Virus record (IMG/VR): IMGVR_UViG_2756170199_000003 | Location: 32,001 to 96,000 of that record | From: a virus | Lineage: Duplodnaviria > Caudoviricetes | Direction: 5' to 3' (one strand) | DNA length: 64,000 nucleotides | Shown here: one piece after another, positions 50,545-59,850 of the stretch | How the letters are laid out: each line of letters begins with the position of its first letter | Numbering within the stretch: position 1 is the first letter of the stretch | Program-made: the position numbers and the translations under genes | The notes under the pieces: generated by a model | Database searches by the model: none | The model's input: the letters and a program-made list of their open reading frames with translations, nothing else | What the model was told of the DNA's origin: nothing

Positions 50545-50582
50545 CGGGATAACTGCTCGAGGCACCGGGCCAGTATCTGACC

Positions 50583-50623
50583 AGCGCCGGGACCGCCTGA
50601 GCGATACAGGCGGTCCCGGCGCT
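50583..50623. repeat. 17-bp GC-rich hairpin just upstream of terL
   Basis: AGCGCCGGGACCGCCTG / CAGGCGGTCCCGGCGCT with a 7-nt loop and no poly-T. Confidence 0.75.
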
Positions 50624-50643
50624 TCTGACGGGAGGGCGTCAAC

Positions 50644-52905
50644 GTGATCCTCTTCCTCGATGATTTCAGCCTGTATCCGCGCGCCATCATCGACACCGAA
50701 ACCACCAACGAGAGCTTCGTGAGGCTCGCGGCGATCTACCGCAAGATGGGGATACGTAACCACGCGTTTCTCCTCGCGCTGCTCAATCCTGATCTGCAAG
50801 GCGTGGACCCATTTTCTCCCGATCTCACGCTCGATCAGATGGCGGCGATCGCCGTCGAGTGCAAGACCAATCCCTTCTATTTTTTCCGCGAGGTATGCCG
50901 CATACCCATGAGCGGCAGCACCGAAGCCGTCCCGTTTCAGGCCAGCCGCGGCAACATCGCGCTCATCTGGTGCTTCTTCAATCACCTGATGATCTTCCTC
51001 GTGATGATCCGGCAGACCGGTAAGTCGGTGGCGGCCGATACGCTCATGGTGCTGTTGCTCAACTTCATCTGCGTGAACACCGAAATCAACCTGCTCACGA
51101 AAGATGAAATCCTGCGGCGCACCAACGTGGACCGCATCAAGAAGATCATTGATGAGTTGCCACCCTACCTGCAGCAGCGCACCCGGCAGGACACGCACAA
51201 CGGCGAGGAAATCAGCGTCAATCGCCTTGGCAACAAGTACAAGACGCACGTCCCGCAGGCGTCCGAGAAAGGCGCCTACAAGGTGGGACGAGGCCTCACC
51301 ACGCCGGTCATCCAGATCGACGAAGGACCGTTCCAGCCGAATGTGAGCATTGCCGTACCGTCCGCACTCGCCGCGCGCAATGCAGCAGTCGACGCGGCCC
51401 GCGCGAATGGTTCGCCTTATGGCGTCATTTTCACCAACACCGCGGGCAAGATCGACGACCGCGACGGCGCCTTCATCTATCGCATGCAGGGCAGCGCCGC
51501 ACCGTGGAACGAGAAATTCTTCGACGCTGCAGACGCCCAGGAGCTCGAGCAGCTGGTGCGCAAGTCCTCCCACGGCGAGAAAACCCCCGACGGCAGCCGG
51601 CGCAGTGTCTATCGCGTGAACATCACGTTCGGCCACCGACAGCTCGGCAAGACCGACGAATGGCTACGGGAAAAGATCGAGGAAGCTGCGGTCAGCGGAG
51701 ACGACGCGAATCGGGACTTCTTCAATATGTGGACCTCCGGCACGCAGACGCATCCCCTGCGACGCGAAGTCCTCGAGCGGATTGTGGAATGCCGGCAGGA
51801 TCCAAAGTTCACCGAGATCAGCAAGGAAGGCTATATCACGCGCTGGTATGTGGAAGAGCACGCGATCGAGGCAAGAATGCGTGCCGGGCGCTTCGTCATC
51901 GGACTGGACCCGTCAAACGCCTCCGGTGGTGACGACATCTCGCTCGTCGCGCTCGATATCGACACACTTGAGGTCGTCGCCGCGGGCACCTATAACGAAA
52001 CCAACATCCTGCTTTTCTGCAGCTGGGTAGCGCAGTGGCTGATCCGCTGGGACACCACGACGCTGGTCATTGAGAACCGCAGTCTCGGGCAGGCCCTGAT
52101 CGACTACCTGCTCTACATGCTGCCAGGACACGCCATCGATCCGTTCCGGCGGCTCTTCAACCGGATCGTCCAGGAGTACGACGAGCTGCCGGCCCGCTTT
52201 CACGAGATCCAGGTACCGATGGGACGACGCCCCACCGACATCTACACGCGATACAAGAAGGCGTTTGGCTTCACGACATCGGGCGGTGCTGGTATCTATT
52301 CGAGAAGCGAGCTCTATTCGGCCTCGCTCCAGCTTGCCGCCAAACGCGCGGGTGCGCTCAGCTACGATCCGGTGCTGATCGAACAGATCGCCCATCTGAC
52401 CACACGCAATGGCCGCATCGATCACGAAGAAGGCTTGCATGACGACATGGTGATCGGCTGGCTGCTGGCCCACTGGCTCGTCACTCGCGGCAAGATGCTG
52501 GCGTTCTACGGGATCGACGACCGGCGCATTGGCTCAGCACTGCACGTGGGCTCGCGCGAGAGCGTCATTGATCATGCGATACGCCGCGAGCAGCAGGCGA
52601 TCCAGGAGGAGATCCGGCGCCTGTACGACGAACTCTCCCGCGAACCCAACGAATGGGTAGCCGCGCGCATTGAACATCAGATGCGCCTGCTCGACCGCCG
52701 CGTAGTCCTGCAGGAAGGTGAAATCTTCAGCATGGACACCTTGATCAACCAGGCAAAGGACAGGAAGCGGGAACGAAGACTGCAGCGTCGCACGGCGACG
52801 CCTCCTGCGGACCCAAGCCCCCCACCCCAGGGATTCTTCAGCGACATTCCGCCGGGCGTCACACCGGGCACCCCCGTGCGCACACTCAAACGTGGTGGCT
52901 GGTAA
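50644..52905 (+). CDS. terL: Terminase large subunit (phiKZ gp25-like)
   Basis: NPFYFFRE, Walker A IRQTGKS, GRGLT..VIQIDE Walker B, IGLDPS nuclease Asp, VIENRS, RIDH...HDDMVI; GTG start. Confidence 0.92.
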   Translation: MILFLDDFSLYPRAIIDTETTNESFVRLAAIYRKMGIRNHAFLLALLNPDLQGVDPFSPDLTLDQMAAIAVECKTNPFYFFREVCRIPMSGSTEAVPFQASRGNIALIWCFFNHLMIFLVMIRQTGKSVAADTLMVLLLNFICVNTEINLLTKDEILRRTNVDRIKKIIDELPPYLQQRTRQDTHNGEEISVNRLGNKYKTHVPQASEKGAYKVGRGLTTPVIQIDEGPFQPNVSIAVPSALAARNAAVDAARANGSPYGVIFTNTAGKIDDRDGAFIYRMQGSAAPWNEKFFDAADAQELEQLVRKSSHGEKTPDGSRRSVYRVNITFGHRQLGKTDEWLREKIEEAAVSGDDANRDFFNMWTSGTQTHPLRREVLERIVECRQDPKFTEISKEGYITRWYVEEHAIEARMRAGRFVIGLDPSNASGGDDISLVALDIDTLEVVAAGTYNETNILLFCSWVAQWLIRWDTTTLVIENRSLGQALIDYLLYMLPGHAIDPFRRLFNRIVQEYDELPARFHEIQVPMGRRPTDIYTRYKKAFGFTTSGGAGIYSRSELYSASLQLAAKRAGALSYDPVLIEQIAHLTTRNGRIDHEEGLHDDMVIGWLLAHWLVTRGKMLAFYGIDDRRIGSALHVGSRESVIDHAIRREQQAIQEEIRRLYDELSREPNEWVAARIEHQMRLLDRRVVLQEGEIFSMDTLINQAKDRKRERRLQRRTATPPADPSPPPQGFFSDIPPGVTPGTPVRTLKRGGW

Positions 52906-52970
52906 TTCGAGATAGCCGAATCGCATGAAACTGCGCTCACTATTCGCAATACACATTGCGCCCTGACAAT

Positions 52971-53011
52971 TGTTGAAGATTCAAGGGCACCAGGTCGTTG
53001 AATCTTCAACA
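52971..53011. repeat. 14-bp AT-rich inverted repeat at the terL/vgrG junction
   Basis: TGTTGAAGATTCAA-N13-TTGAATCTTCAACA. Confidence 0.8.
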
Positions 53012-53126
53012 CTCAGCCGCTATAAAGTGAGATGGCCCTTAAAAGGTCGCAATCACGGCTCATCTCAATATAGCAGTCCTCCCCTTCGGGCCGTGCCTTC
53101 CTCAAAATCCAGGGAGCTCTACGCCT

Positions 53127-55634
53127 ATGGCGGACTTGCTGAACGCATTGCAATCGATACCTGGCCGGCAGGCGTACTTTCTCGAAGTGCCCGGTACGGC
53201 AGCTGCCGCGGCGTTGTCCGTGGTGTCGTTCGATGCGACCGAAACGATGGGCTCGCCCATTGAGGTGAGCATCGAACTCACCCATCCCCTGCAGCTCGCA
53301 CGCGCGGACTTCCTGAACCGCGACGCCACATTCTCGATCGTGCCCGACGACGGTGTGCCGAAGAAGTTTTCGGGATACATCGAGCGCTTCTCGACGATCA
53401 AGACCACGAAGGACTTCACCCGGTACCGTCTGGTCCTGAAGTCACATTTCGGGCGCCTGCAGGCGGTTACCAACACGCAGGTTTTCCAGCACCTCACCAC
53501 CCCGCAGATCATCCGGCAGATCCTGAGCTCACACGGTATCAGGGATCACCAGATGTCCTTCCGGCTGCGCGGCAAATACCCCAAGCATCTGTGGCGTTTC
53601 CAGCACCAGATGACAGATTTTTCCTATGTGCACATGCTCATGGAAAAGGCTGGCATTTACTGCTTCGTCGTCGAGACCGAATACGGTGACCAGATTGTTT
53701 TTGGTGACGACATCGACCACTACATCTACGACCCCCGTCTCATCGTCCCCTATCGCGAAGCAGCCGGCCTTGAAGCCGGTGGTAGTGAGGCGATAACGTC
53801 GATCAGAACACATAGCGTGACGGTGCCGCAGTCCATCGTCGTCGCTGACTACAACCCGGATCAGGCGTGGGAGCGTTTTCGAGATGAGGCCAACCTCGCC
53901 CCGCAGGACGAAACCACCTACGGCCAGACCTACATCTACGGCACCAACCACCTCGATCAGGACGGCGCCAAGTGGGAAGCACAGCTGCGACATGAGGCGG
54001 CCCTCGCCCGCCAGGTGATCTACGAGGGTGAGAGCAATGTGCTAGCGCTTCAGTGTGCTCGTGTACTCGAAACAGACATCGCGCTACCCGACGCCCCGAA
54101 GGGCCAGGTGGTCATCGAAGTCAAGCACAGTGGCGCGCGCGACAAGGGCTATTCGAACACGTACAGGGCGATTCCTGCGGACCGGCGCTTCCGGCTCCAG
54201 CTCGAGCCTTCGAATTGGGCAAAAATCCCGGGGACGCTTTCGGCACGAATTTGCAGTCCCGATAAATATTCCTTTGGCTACCTCAATTCCGTTGGCTACT
54301 ACGTCGTCAGACTCGATGCCGATTTTGGTACCTGGTCGAAGGGTGGCGAGAGCGTGCCGTTGCGTCTCGCAAAACCCTTCGCCGGCAAACTGCAGACCGG
54401 CATGCACTTCGTCGCGCTGGATAACGACGAGGCAAAGATCTCCTTCAGGGATGGGGACCCGGACAAGCCAGAAATCAGCGGCTTCCACCACCATAGCCAG
54501 GCCCGCGATCTGGTGACGAATGACCGCCGCTGGCTGTCCCGCAACATGATCCGTACGCAGAAGAACAACAAGCTGCGTATGGAGGACTGGAACGGACAGG
54601 AAGGCATCAAGCTTAGCACGGACCACTCGGGCAAGTCACAGCTCAATCTCGGCTACCTCGTCAATGGCAAGCTTGAATACCGCGGCGAGGGGCATGAGCT
54701 CCGCACATCGGGATGGGGGGTACTGCGCGCCGGCAAGGGCGTGATGGTGACCAGCTATGACCGCCCAGGCGCCACTGGCGCACAGCGCGACATGCAGGAG
54801 ACGATGGCGCAACTGGACAGCGCGCTGGAGCTCGCCAAAGCGCTCGCGGCATCCGCCACCAGCGCCAAGGCGGAACCTGCCGACACCAACGCGCAGCAGC
54901 AGGTGAAGGATGATCTGGATAACCTGAAGAAGCCAGGCTTGCTGATGAGCACGCCAGCCTCCGCTGCATTGGTAGCGGCCGGTGGCATCCAGTTCTCGGC
55001 GGAAGACAACATCACTGGCGTAGCCGGCAGGAATGCTGACTTCAGTGTCATGAAACGCTTTACCGCCGCGGTCGGCGAGAAGATTTCGCTGTTCGCGCAG
55101 AAGTTCGGCATCAAGATCTTCGCAGCCAAAGGCCCCGTTGATTTCCAGGCACAGGGCGGGCCGATGTCGCTTACCGCGGCCAAGGACGTCAACGTCGGCA
55201 GCGTCAATGGCAAGGTCAATCTCGCGGCGGCCAAGGAAATCATCCTCGAATGCGGAGGTGCGTTCGTCCAGATCAAGGACGGCAGCATCACGCTCGGCGG
55301 TCCGGGCGATCTGTTCTTCAAAACGATCACCGTACAGAAGAAAAGCAAAGCGTCGCAAACGCCAGCTTTCCCTGTCCTGCCCGATGGCAATATCTACGAG
55401 CAGGACTTCAAACTCGTCAATCACGCGGACGGCACCTTACTCCGGAACGCAGCATACAAGATCACGTCCGAAAGCGGCACCCAGTTCGCAGGCGTCGCTT
55501 CGGACAACGCAATCACACGTCTTGCTGTGACCAGTCCCGCCGAGAAACTCACGGTCAAACTGAATTCCGAAGATGCCGACACCTATCACCAGCATCTCCG
55601 CGATGCGTGGGGCAACCCCGCATCCAACGATTGA
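53127..55634 (+). CDS. vgrG: Type VI secretion spike VgrG (DUF2345-type) with C-terminal transthyretin-like extension
   Basis: DFSYVHMLMEKAGIY, RLAKPFAG..GMHF, F.DGDPDKP, NKLRMED..GQEGIKLST..GKSQLNLG.LV, GHELRT..WG.LRAGKG, GIKIFAAKGPV; tail YEQDFKLVN..G.....YKI. Confidence 0.95.
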   Translation: MADLLNALQSIPGRQAYFLEVPGTAAAAALSVVSFDATETMGSPIEVSIELTHPLQLARADFLNRDATFSIVPDDGVPKKFSGYIERFSTIKTTKDFTRYRLVLKSHFGRLQAVTNTQVFQHLTTPQIIRQILSSHGIRDHQMSFRLRGKYPKHLWRFQHQMTDFSYVHMLMEKAGIYCFVVETEYGDQIVFGDDIDHYIYDPRLIVPYREAAGLEAGGSEAITSIRTHSVTVPQSIVVADYNPDQAWERFRDEANLAPQDETTYGQTYIYGTNHLDQDGAKWEAQLRHEAALARQVIYEGESNVLALQCARVLETDIALPDAPKGQVVIEVKHSGARDKGYSNTYRAIPADRRFRLQLEPSNWAKIPGTLSARICSPDKYSFGYLNSVGYYVVRLDADFGTWSKGGESVPLRLAKPFAGKLQTGMHFVALDNDEAKISFRDGDPDKPEISGFHHHSQARDLVTNDRRWLSRNMIRTQKNNKLRMEDWNGQEGIKLSTDHSGKSQLNLGYLVNGKLEYRGEGHELRTSGWGVLRAGKGVMVTSYDRPGATGAQRDMQETMAQLDSALELAKALAASATSAKAEPADTNAQQQVKDDLDNLKKPGLLMSTPASAALVAAGGIQFSAEDNITGVAGRNADFSVMKRFTAAVGEKISLFAQKFGIKIFAAKGPVDFQAQGGPMSLTAAKDVNVGSVNGKVNLAAAKEIILECGGAFVQIKDGSITLGGPGDLFFKTITVQKKSKASQTPAFPVLPDGNIYEQDFKLVNHADGTLLRNAAYKITSESGTQFAGVASDNAITRLAVTSPAEKLTVKLNSEDADTYHQHLRDAWGNPASND

Positions 55635-55679
55635 CCGCGTATTTCTGAAAGCATTCCAGTAACCAAAGGTTCCGAGAAT

Positions 55680-56651
55680 ATGGGCAAACGCATTCCACAA
55701 GAAGCAGAAGATCCAGCCTACGAAAGTGACCAAACACGGCCTCAGGCAACCACGCCTGTCGCCAATCTTGCGGAGCCGATCTCCAAGGGATACCTCTGCA
55801 AAAAGTGCTGCGCCGCACTTAACAAACCGCGTCGAAACCGGTTGAACCACCCGATGTACCAGCGCACCGTGACTCGCTCGATCTGGGAAGACAACGTCGA
55901 AAAGCGACAGTATTTTCGCTATAAGGGCGAGGTCGGCTATGACATGACGAAAAAGCCACCGGCTCCGATCATGTCGGCCAAGAAAAAGGAAGAAAACCGC
56001 CCCAGCGAGTTTCCGTTAGCTGGAATCTGGCGCATAAAGCGCGAACTCCAAGCGGTGGTCGAAACTGCTGGAGAGGCCGCGGGAGACCTGATAACACGAA
56101 ACGAGCTCGAAGCGCTTGGCGGTTCGGTATTGCGCATCCCAGACGTCATTGTCCTTCATTGTGATAGTGATCTTCTCAAACAACTCGAATCCCAAACGGC
56201 CGATATCAAACGCTTCATTCCAGAACAGAAGAATATTGAGCGGATCGTTGAGGTTAAGTTCTTCGACGATACCCTCTCGGAATATCAAGGTCGCGCGTAT
56301 AGTCAGATTGCAGGGCCAGCCGAATTCAACCTCCTTGAACCGACGAACCCAGATCCAGATTGCGGTTGCGGATGTCAGAAGGACGAAAAAAAACAGAAGA
56401 CAGAGCAAAAGCAAACCTCTCGATCGTCTGCTTCTCAGCGTCCGCCAATTCCGTTCATTCCGCCTGTTACACCGCCGCGCGGCGGGAAAGATGAGGACCG
56501 TCTTATCGTTGACCCAGTCGCTTCGAGTTCATACGACGGCGAGCAATCATTGAGCGATGTATTACCCCGCACACCAACGAGCAACTTGTCAGGCTCCTCA
56601 GTGATACTGCTCGACGTGCTGCTTATACTCGCTGCGGCCGCAGCCCTTTAA
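55680..56651 (+). CDS. T6SS nuclease effector, VRR-Nuc/TseV-like (PD-(D/E)xK)
   Basis: YKGEVGYDM...PPAPIMS, RIPDVIV...IVEVKF..D.....Q..AY..IAG, CGC; between vgrG and the immunity gene; visibly lower GC. Confidence 0.8.
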   Translation: MGKRIPQEAEDPAYESDQTRPQATTPVANLAEPISKGYLCKKCCAALNKPRRNRLNHPMYQRTVTRSIWEDNVEKRQYFRYKGEVGYDMTKKPPAPIMSAKKKEENRPSEFPLAGIWRIKRELQAVVETAGEAAGDLITRNELEALGGSVLRIPDVIVLHCDSDLLKQLESQTADIKRFIPEQKNIERIVEVKFFDDTLSEYQGRAYSQIAGPAEFNLLEPTNPDPDCGCGCQKDEKKQKTEQKQTSRSSASQRPPIPFIPPVTPPRGGKDEDRLIVDPVASSSYDGEQSLSDVLPRTPTSNLSGSSVILLDVLLILAAAAAL

Positions 56652-56668
56652 CTGATCCAGACTCCGAA

Positions 56669-57688
56669 ATGACATCTGACGAACTCGACGACTACGTTTA
56701 CGACTGCGACCGCACAGCCCCTGACAGCCCTGAAGGAGCTGACTTCCGATACGTGGTGAAACTCGTACTTCGCGCCACGTTATTTTTTCGCGCAGGACAC
56801 ACGCAGGAAATTCGCCAGGGACTGAAGGCCTGCTTCGACGAGTATTTTCTGGCATTCGGCAAGAATCTGCATTGGGGATGGGAACCCCAACCATCCGGAA
56901 AGCCGACGCCTCGAATCTTCGATCAAAATCTTATCGATGCTACTCGTAGTGCCTTCGACAACACGAAAGAAGGTAGCAACATTGAACTCGCTTTCATGAG
57001 CGGATTTAACCAATACTACGTTGGCGATTATGGAATCAAGTGTCTGACCATGCCAAACTGGGAAGACTCAATGGGTTACGATTCCTATTTCAGCTTCTGG
57101 TTGCCTTGTGATACTTATCATGAAGGCCGATGGGATGGTGGCAATTTCCCTGCCCATGAATTCCTGCTTGCGTGCTGCAAACGTCTTAAAGCTTCACAAG
57201 GCTACGCTGGATTCGCTCTTGCGCTGCCGCACGAATATGCCAAATGGGAACCCTACGAACTGAAGTTGGCCCAAAAATACTACGGACTGGAGATCGACAA
57301 GGCAGCGGCAACATCACTCATGATCGACGAGTGGCGCGGAGTCAAGGACGTCAACTGGTACACCATCCTTGGCGAACCCTATGTTGAAAAATTAGGCGGC
57401 AACCACGCCATCCGCGCAAAGCTTGCAGCCCCCAACTTTCAGCTTTACGACTTTGGCGCAGGGATTACCATCCGGGCAGGCGCTGAACCTGAAATGGCTC
57501 CAGTAAGCAATGGTCTGCCATCTGCATATGTAGCAGTCAATGACGTCATTCGACCAATCAGGACGACACAAATCCGATCGATGGGTCTTGGCTCAAACGC
57601 AGGCGAATTGCGCTTCAATATCCGACTGACTGACCTGTGGATGAGACGGTTTGATGCGCCGGGGATTTGGCCGCCGGCACATCCATAA
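56669..57688 (+). CDS. Cognate T6SS immunity protein (DUF3396/TsiV-like)
   Basis: ATLFF..GH.....R...CFDEY, GYAGF, E..LA..YYGLEID, GVKDVNWYTILG...VEKLGG, P..Y..VN....P.R, W.RRFD. Confidence 0.82.
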   Translation: MTSDELDDYVYDCDRTAPDSPEGADFRYVVKLVLRATLFFRAGHTQEIRQGLKACFDEYFLAFGKNLHWGWEPQPSGKPTPRIFDQNLIDATRSAFDNTKEGSNIELAFMSGFNQYYVGDYGIKCLTMPNWEDSMGYDSYFSFWLPCDTYHEGRWDGGNFPAHEFLLACCKRLKASQGYAGFALALPHEYAKWEPYELKLAQKYYGLEIDKAAATSLMIDEWRGVKDVNWYTILGEPYVEKLGGNHAIRAKLAAPNFQLYDFGAGITIRAGAEPEMAPVSNGLPSAYVAVNDVIRPIRTTQIRSMGLGSNAGELRFNIRLTDLWMRRFDAPGIWPPAHP

Positions 57689-57786
57689 CACGGCCAATCG
57701 TGTTCGATTAACAGCGGCAGGCCCCCGTCCCGTATATCGCAACGGTTTGCGACGACGGTGGCCTGACCGCATCGAATGAGGTTTGC

Positions 57787-58419
57787 GTGACAAGTAATGA
57801 ACGTACGGCTCACCGCCGTGTACTGCCATTTTTCTGCTCACCGCCGGCATGGGTTCTGATTCGCGTCGATGTGCCGGGACTCTCCATTGTGAGAGAACGC
57901 ACCGAGCATGGTGGAGCGGTGCTGTGCTTCCTGTCGCTACTCGACGCGATGATCGAGGTCGTCCATGCCGCACGCGTTGGCAGGGAGTTGCGTATCCTTC
58001 GCGCATCAGATGTCGATTTCAGTCTGTTCCGGGACCTCGACGGACAAGGACTGCTCGCGAGCCTGCATAGTGCATGGCTCGCATCGGGTCCGAAGATCCT
58101 TGCCCGACCATCTGGCGTCTTGGCTAGGTTCACAACGGACCTACATGAATGGGCCGGCGATCCGGTTTTCTTCGAAGTTCAGTCGGACACGCTTGGCTTG
58201 TTCAACGACACCTATGAACTGGCAGGTCTTTTCGCCTGGCGCGAGACCAATCAAATCGTACAGCGATGGGACGAGGCACGCCTTCGCGACGCCGCGAAAA
58301 GAGCGCTCAATGCGGTTGAGGTGACAGGCGGTCAAGCGGAGGACTGCAACGGCTTGGCCCTGTTCAATCCTGAGTCAATGGAATGGCACTTCGTGCCGCC
58401 CAGAGAGCAGGAATCGTGA
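57787..58419 (+). CDS. Hypothetical bacterial-type protein
   Basis: GAGG RBS with GTG start; 210 aa ending ALFNPESMEWHFVP. Confidence 0.55.
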   Translation: MTSNERTAHRRVLPFFCSPPAWVLIRVDVPGLSIVRERTEHGGAVLCFLSLLDAMIEVVHAARVGRELRILRASDVDFSLFRDLDGQGLLASLHSAWLASGPKILARPSGVLARFTTDLHEWAGDPVFFEVQSDTLGLFNDTYELAGLFAWRETNQIVQRWDEARLRDAAKRALNAVEVTGGQAEDCNGLALFNPESMEWHFVPPREQES

Positions 58420-58557
58420 GCAGCAACACCTTTGTCCAGCCTGGTCGTGGATTCGTCGGCCGGTCCATCAATCGCGTGGTCGCGCTGCACACTGCTTCAG
58501 AACGTGCTCCGGTTGATCTTTGCCCGGCTGCCTATCATGCAGCCGGATAGCGTCGTC

Positions 58558-59787
58558 TCATGTCCCTGAGTAGTGCCGCATGGTCATCGTACGGATTACG
58601 ATGTAGAGAAGGATCGCTGTGCGTACCGATGCAATCACGCTGTCGTTCCGGTTTCCCGTGGCCTTCTTCACGCACCACTCGGCTTTATCCCTGAGCGAAA
58701 AGAGCGCAGGATCGATGCTGCGCGACGAAGTATAGACCCCACGCAGCCTGGCAAGGAGCGTCGGCAGATCCACGTGGTTGCGCACCATGGTGCGCTCTTC
58801 AGCAAGATAGTCGAAGCTGTGAATGAGCGTTTCGTCGAGCAGATCGCCGATGCGCTTCGCAGCTGAGTGCTGGTAGCTGTCCGAAATCCATTCGAGTGTC
58901 TGCCGGAAGAGGCGTGGCGGTGTCGTGTACATCAGCTTGCAGATCAGCTCGAACAGCTCTTCCTTGATGAACGAGTGCCGGTCGGTGACGATCGAGTGCA
59001 GGTACCGCGTGTACGCAATCAGGTTGCGGTTACGATCCTTGAGCACCACGTTACCATCGTAGTCGACGAGCGACGAGCTCGACTGGATGCGCATACCCTG
59101 ATGATGGACCTGCAGGAACACGTCGTAAATGTTCTTGAGCATGTCGCGGATGCGGCTTTGCGTATCGTTGAGCAGGTAGATCACCTCGAGGTCGTTGTCC
59201 ATCCGGGAGATGGTCTTGAAATGCAGGCCCTGGGGGGAGATGAGGTCGCGCGTACGCTGCTCCAGCACGGCGTTCCACGTGCCAAACTGCTTGATCGCGA
59301 ATTTACCGGACAGCAGCGCGTAGGTGGCCTCCGCTGTGGCCCGGTCGGCGGGATAGCGGAAGTGGCGAAAGAGGCGGGAGGTCAGAAACTTGTACTGGAG
59401 CACGAGCGCAACGTCCATCATGGTTGTCTGCTTCGCGGCGTCGTTGAGTTTCGGGCTCACGTAAAGCGCGTGCAGCAGCCATGCGCACGAGAGATTCATC
59501 GTGTCACTGGAGACCTTGAAGGTGGGATTGACGGTAGGTAGCGCGACGAGCTCCTGGGCAAGCACACCCTCTTCGACTTTCAGGATCTCCTCGAACCACC
59601 GGTCACGGTCGTCGTCGGTGAAGCGCACCACCTCCACGCCCGTGAGATTGCCGCCAAAGAACTTGATGTGATCGGGGTTCTTGAAAACAAAGGCGTGACG
59701 GTACTGGCTTACCCTGCGGGCGAATGCTGCATCCATCGCGAGGTCGTGGCAAGCCTCGAGGAACACGCCCTCGATGTTTTTCGCCAT
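58558..59787 (-). CDS. Conserved phiKZ-like virion structural protein (gp32-like)
   Basis: FFGGNLTGV...RF...D...WF, F.VSSD..NL, LQYKFLTS, A.ATY..LS.KF.IK..G.W, YTSSRS motifs. Confidence 0.7.
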   Translation of the reverse strand: MAKNIEGVFLEACHDLAMDAAFARRVSQYRHAFVFKNPDHIKFFGGNLTGVEVVRFTDDDRDRWFEEILKVEEGVLAQELVALPTVNPTFKVSSDTMNLSCAWLLHALYVSPKLNDAAKQTTMMDVALVLQYKFLTSRLFRHFRYPADRATAEATYALLSGKFAIKQFGTWNAVLEQRTRDLISPQGLHFKTISRMDNDLEVIYLLNDTQSRIRDMLKNIYDVFLQVHHQGMRIQSSSSLVDYDGNVVLKDRNRNLIAYTRYLHSIVTDRHSFIKEELFELICKLMYTTPPRLFRQTLEWISDSYQHSAAKRIGDLLDETLIHSFDYLAEERTMVRNHVDLPTLLARLRGVYTSSRSIDPALFSLRDKAEWCVKKATGNRNDSVIASVRTAILLYIVIRTMTMRHYSGT

Positions 59788-59850
59788 GGCCAATTCCTGA
59801 AATCCGATGAAAAGCCGCTGAGGAGCCGCCGGCAGCGTCCGGGTGCGGCT

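Noticed and set aside
41883-55634. Complete T6SS, eCIS or tailocin locus (sheath + tube + VgrG)
   Set aside because: The sheath and tube are phiKZ-type and are accompanied by terminase, prohead protease and vRNAP; no Tss membrane complex, ClpV or Afp15-like ATPase was recognised.
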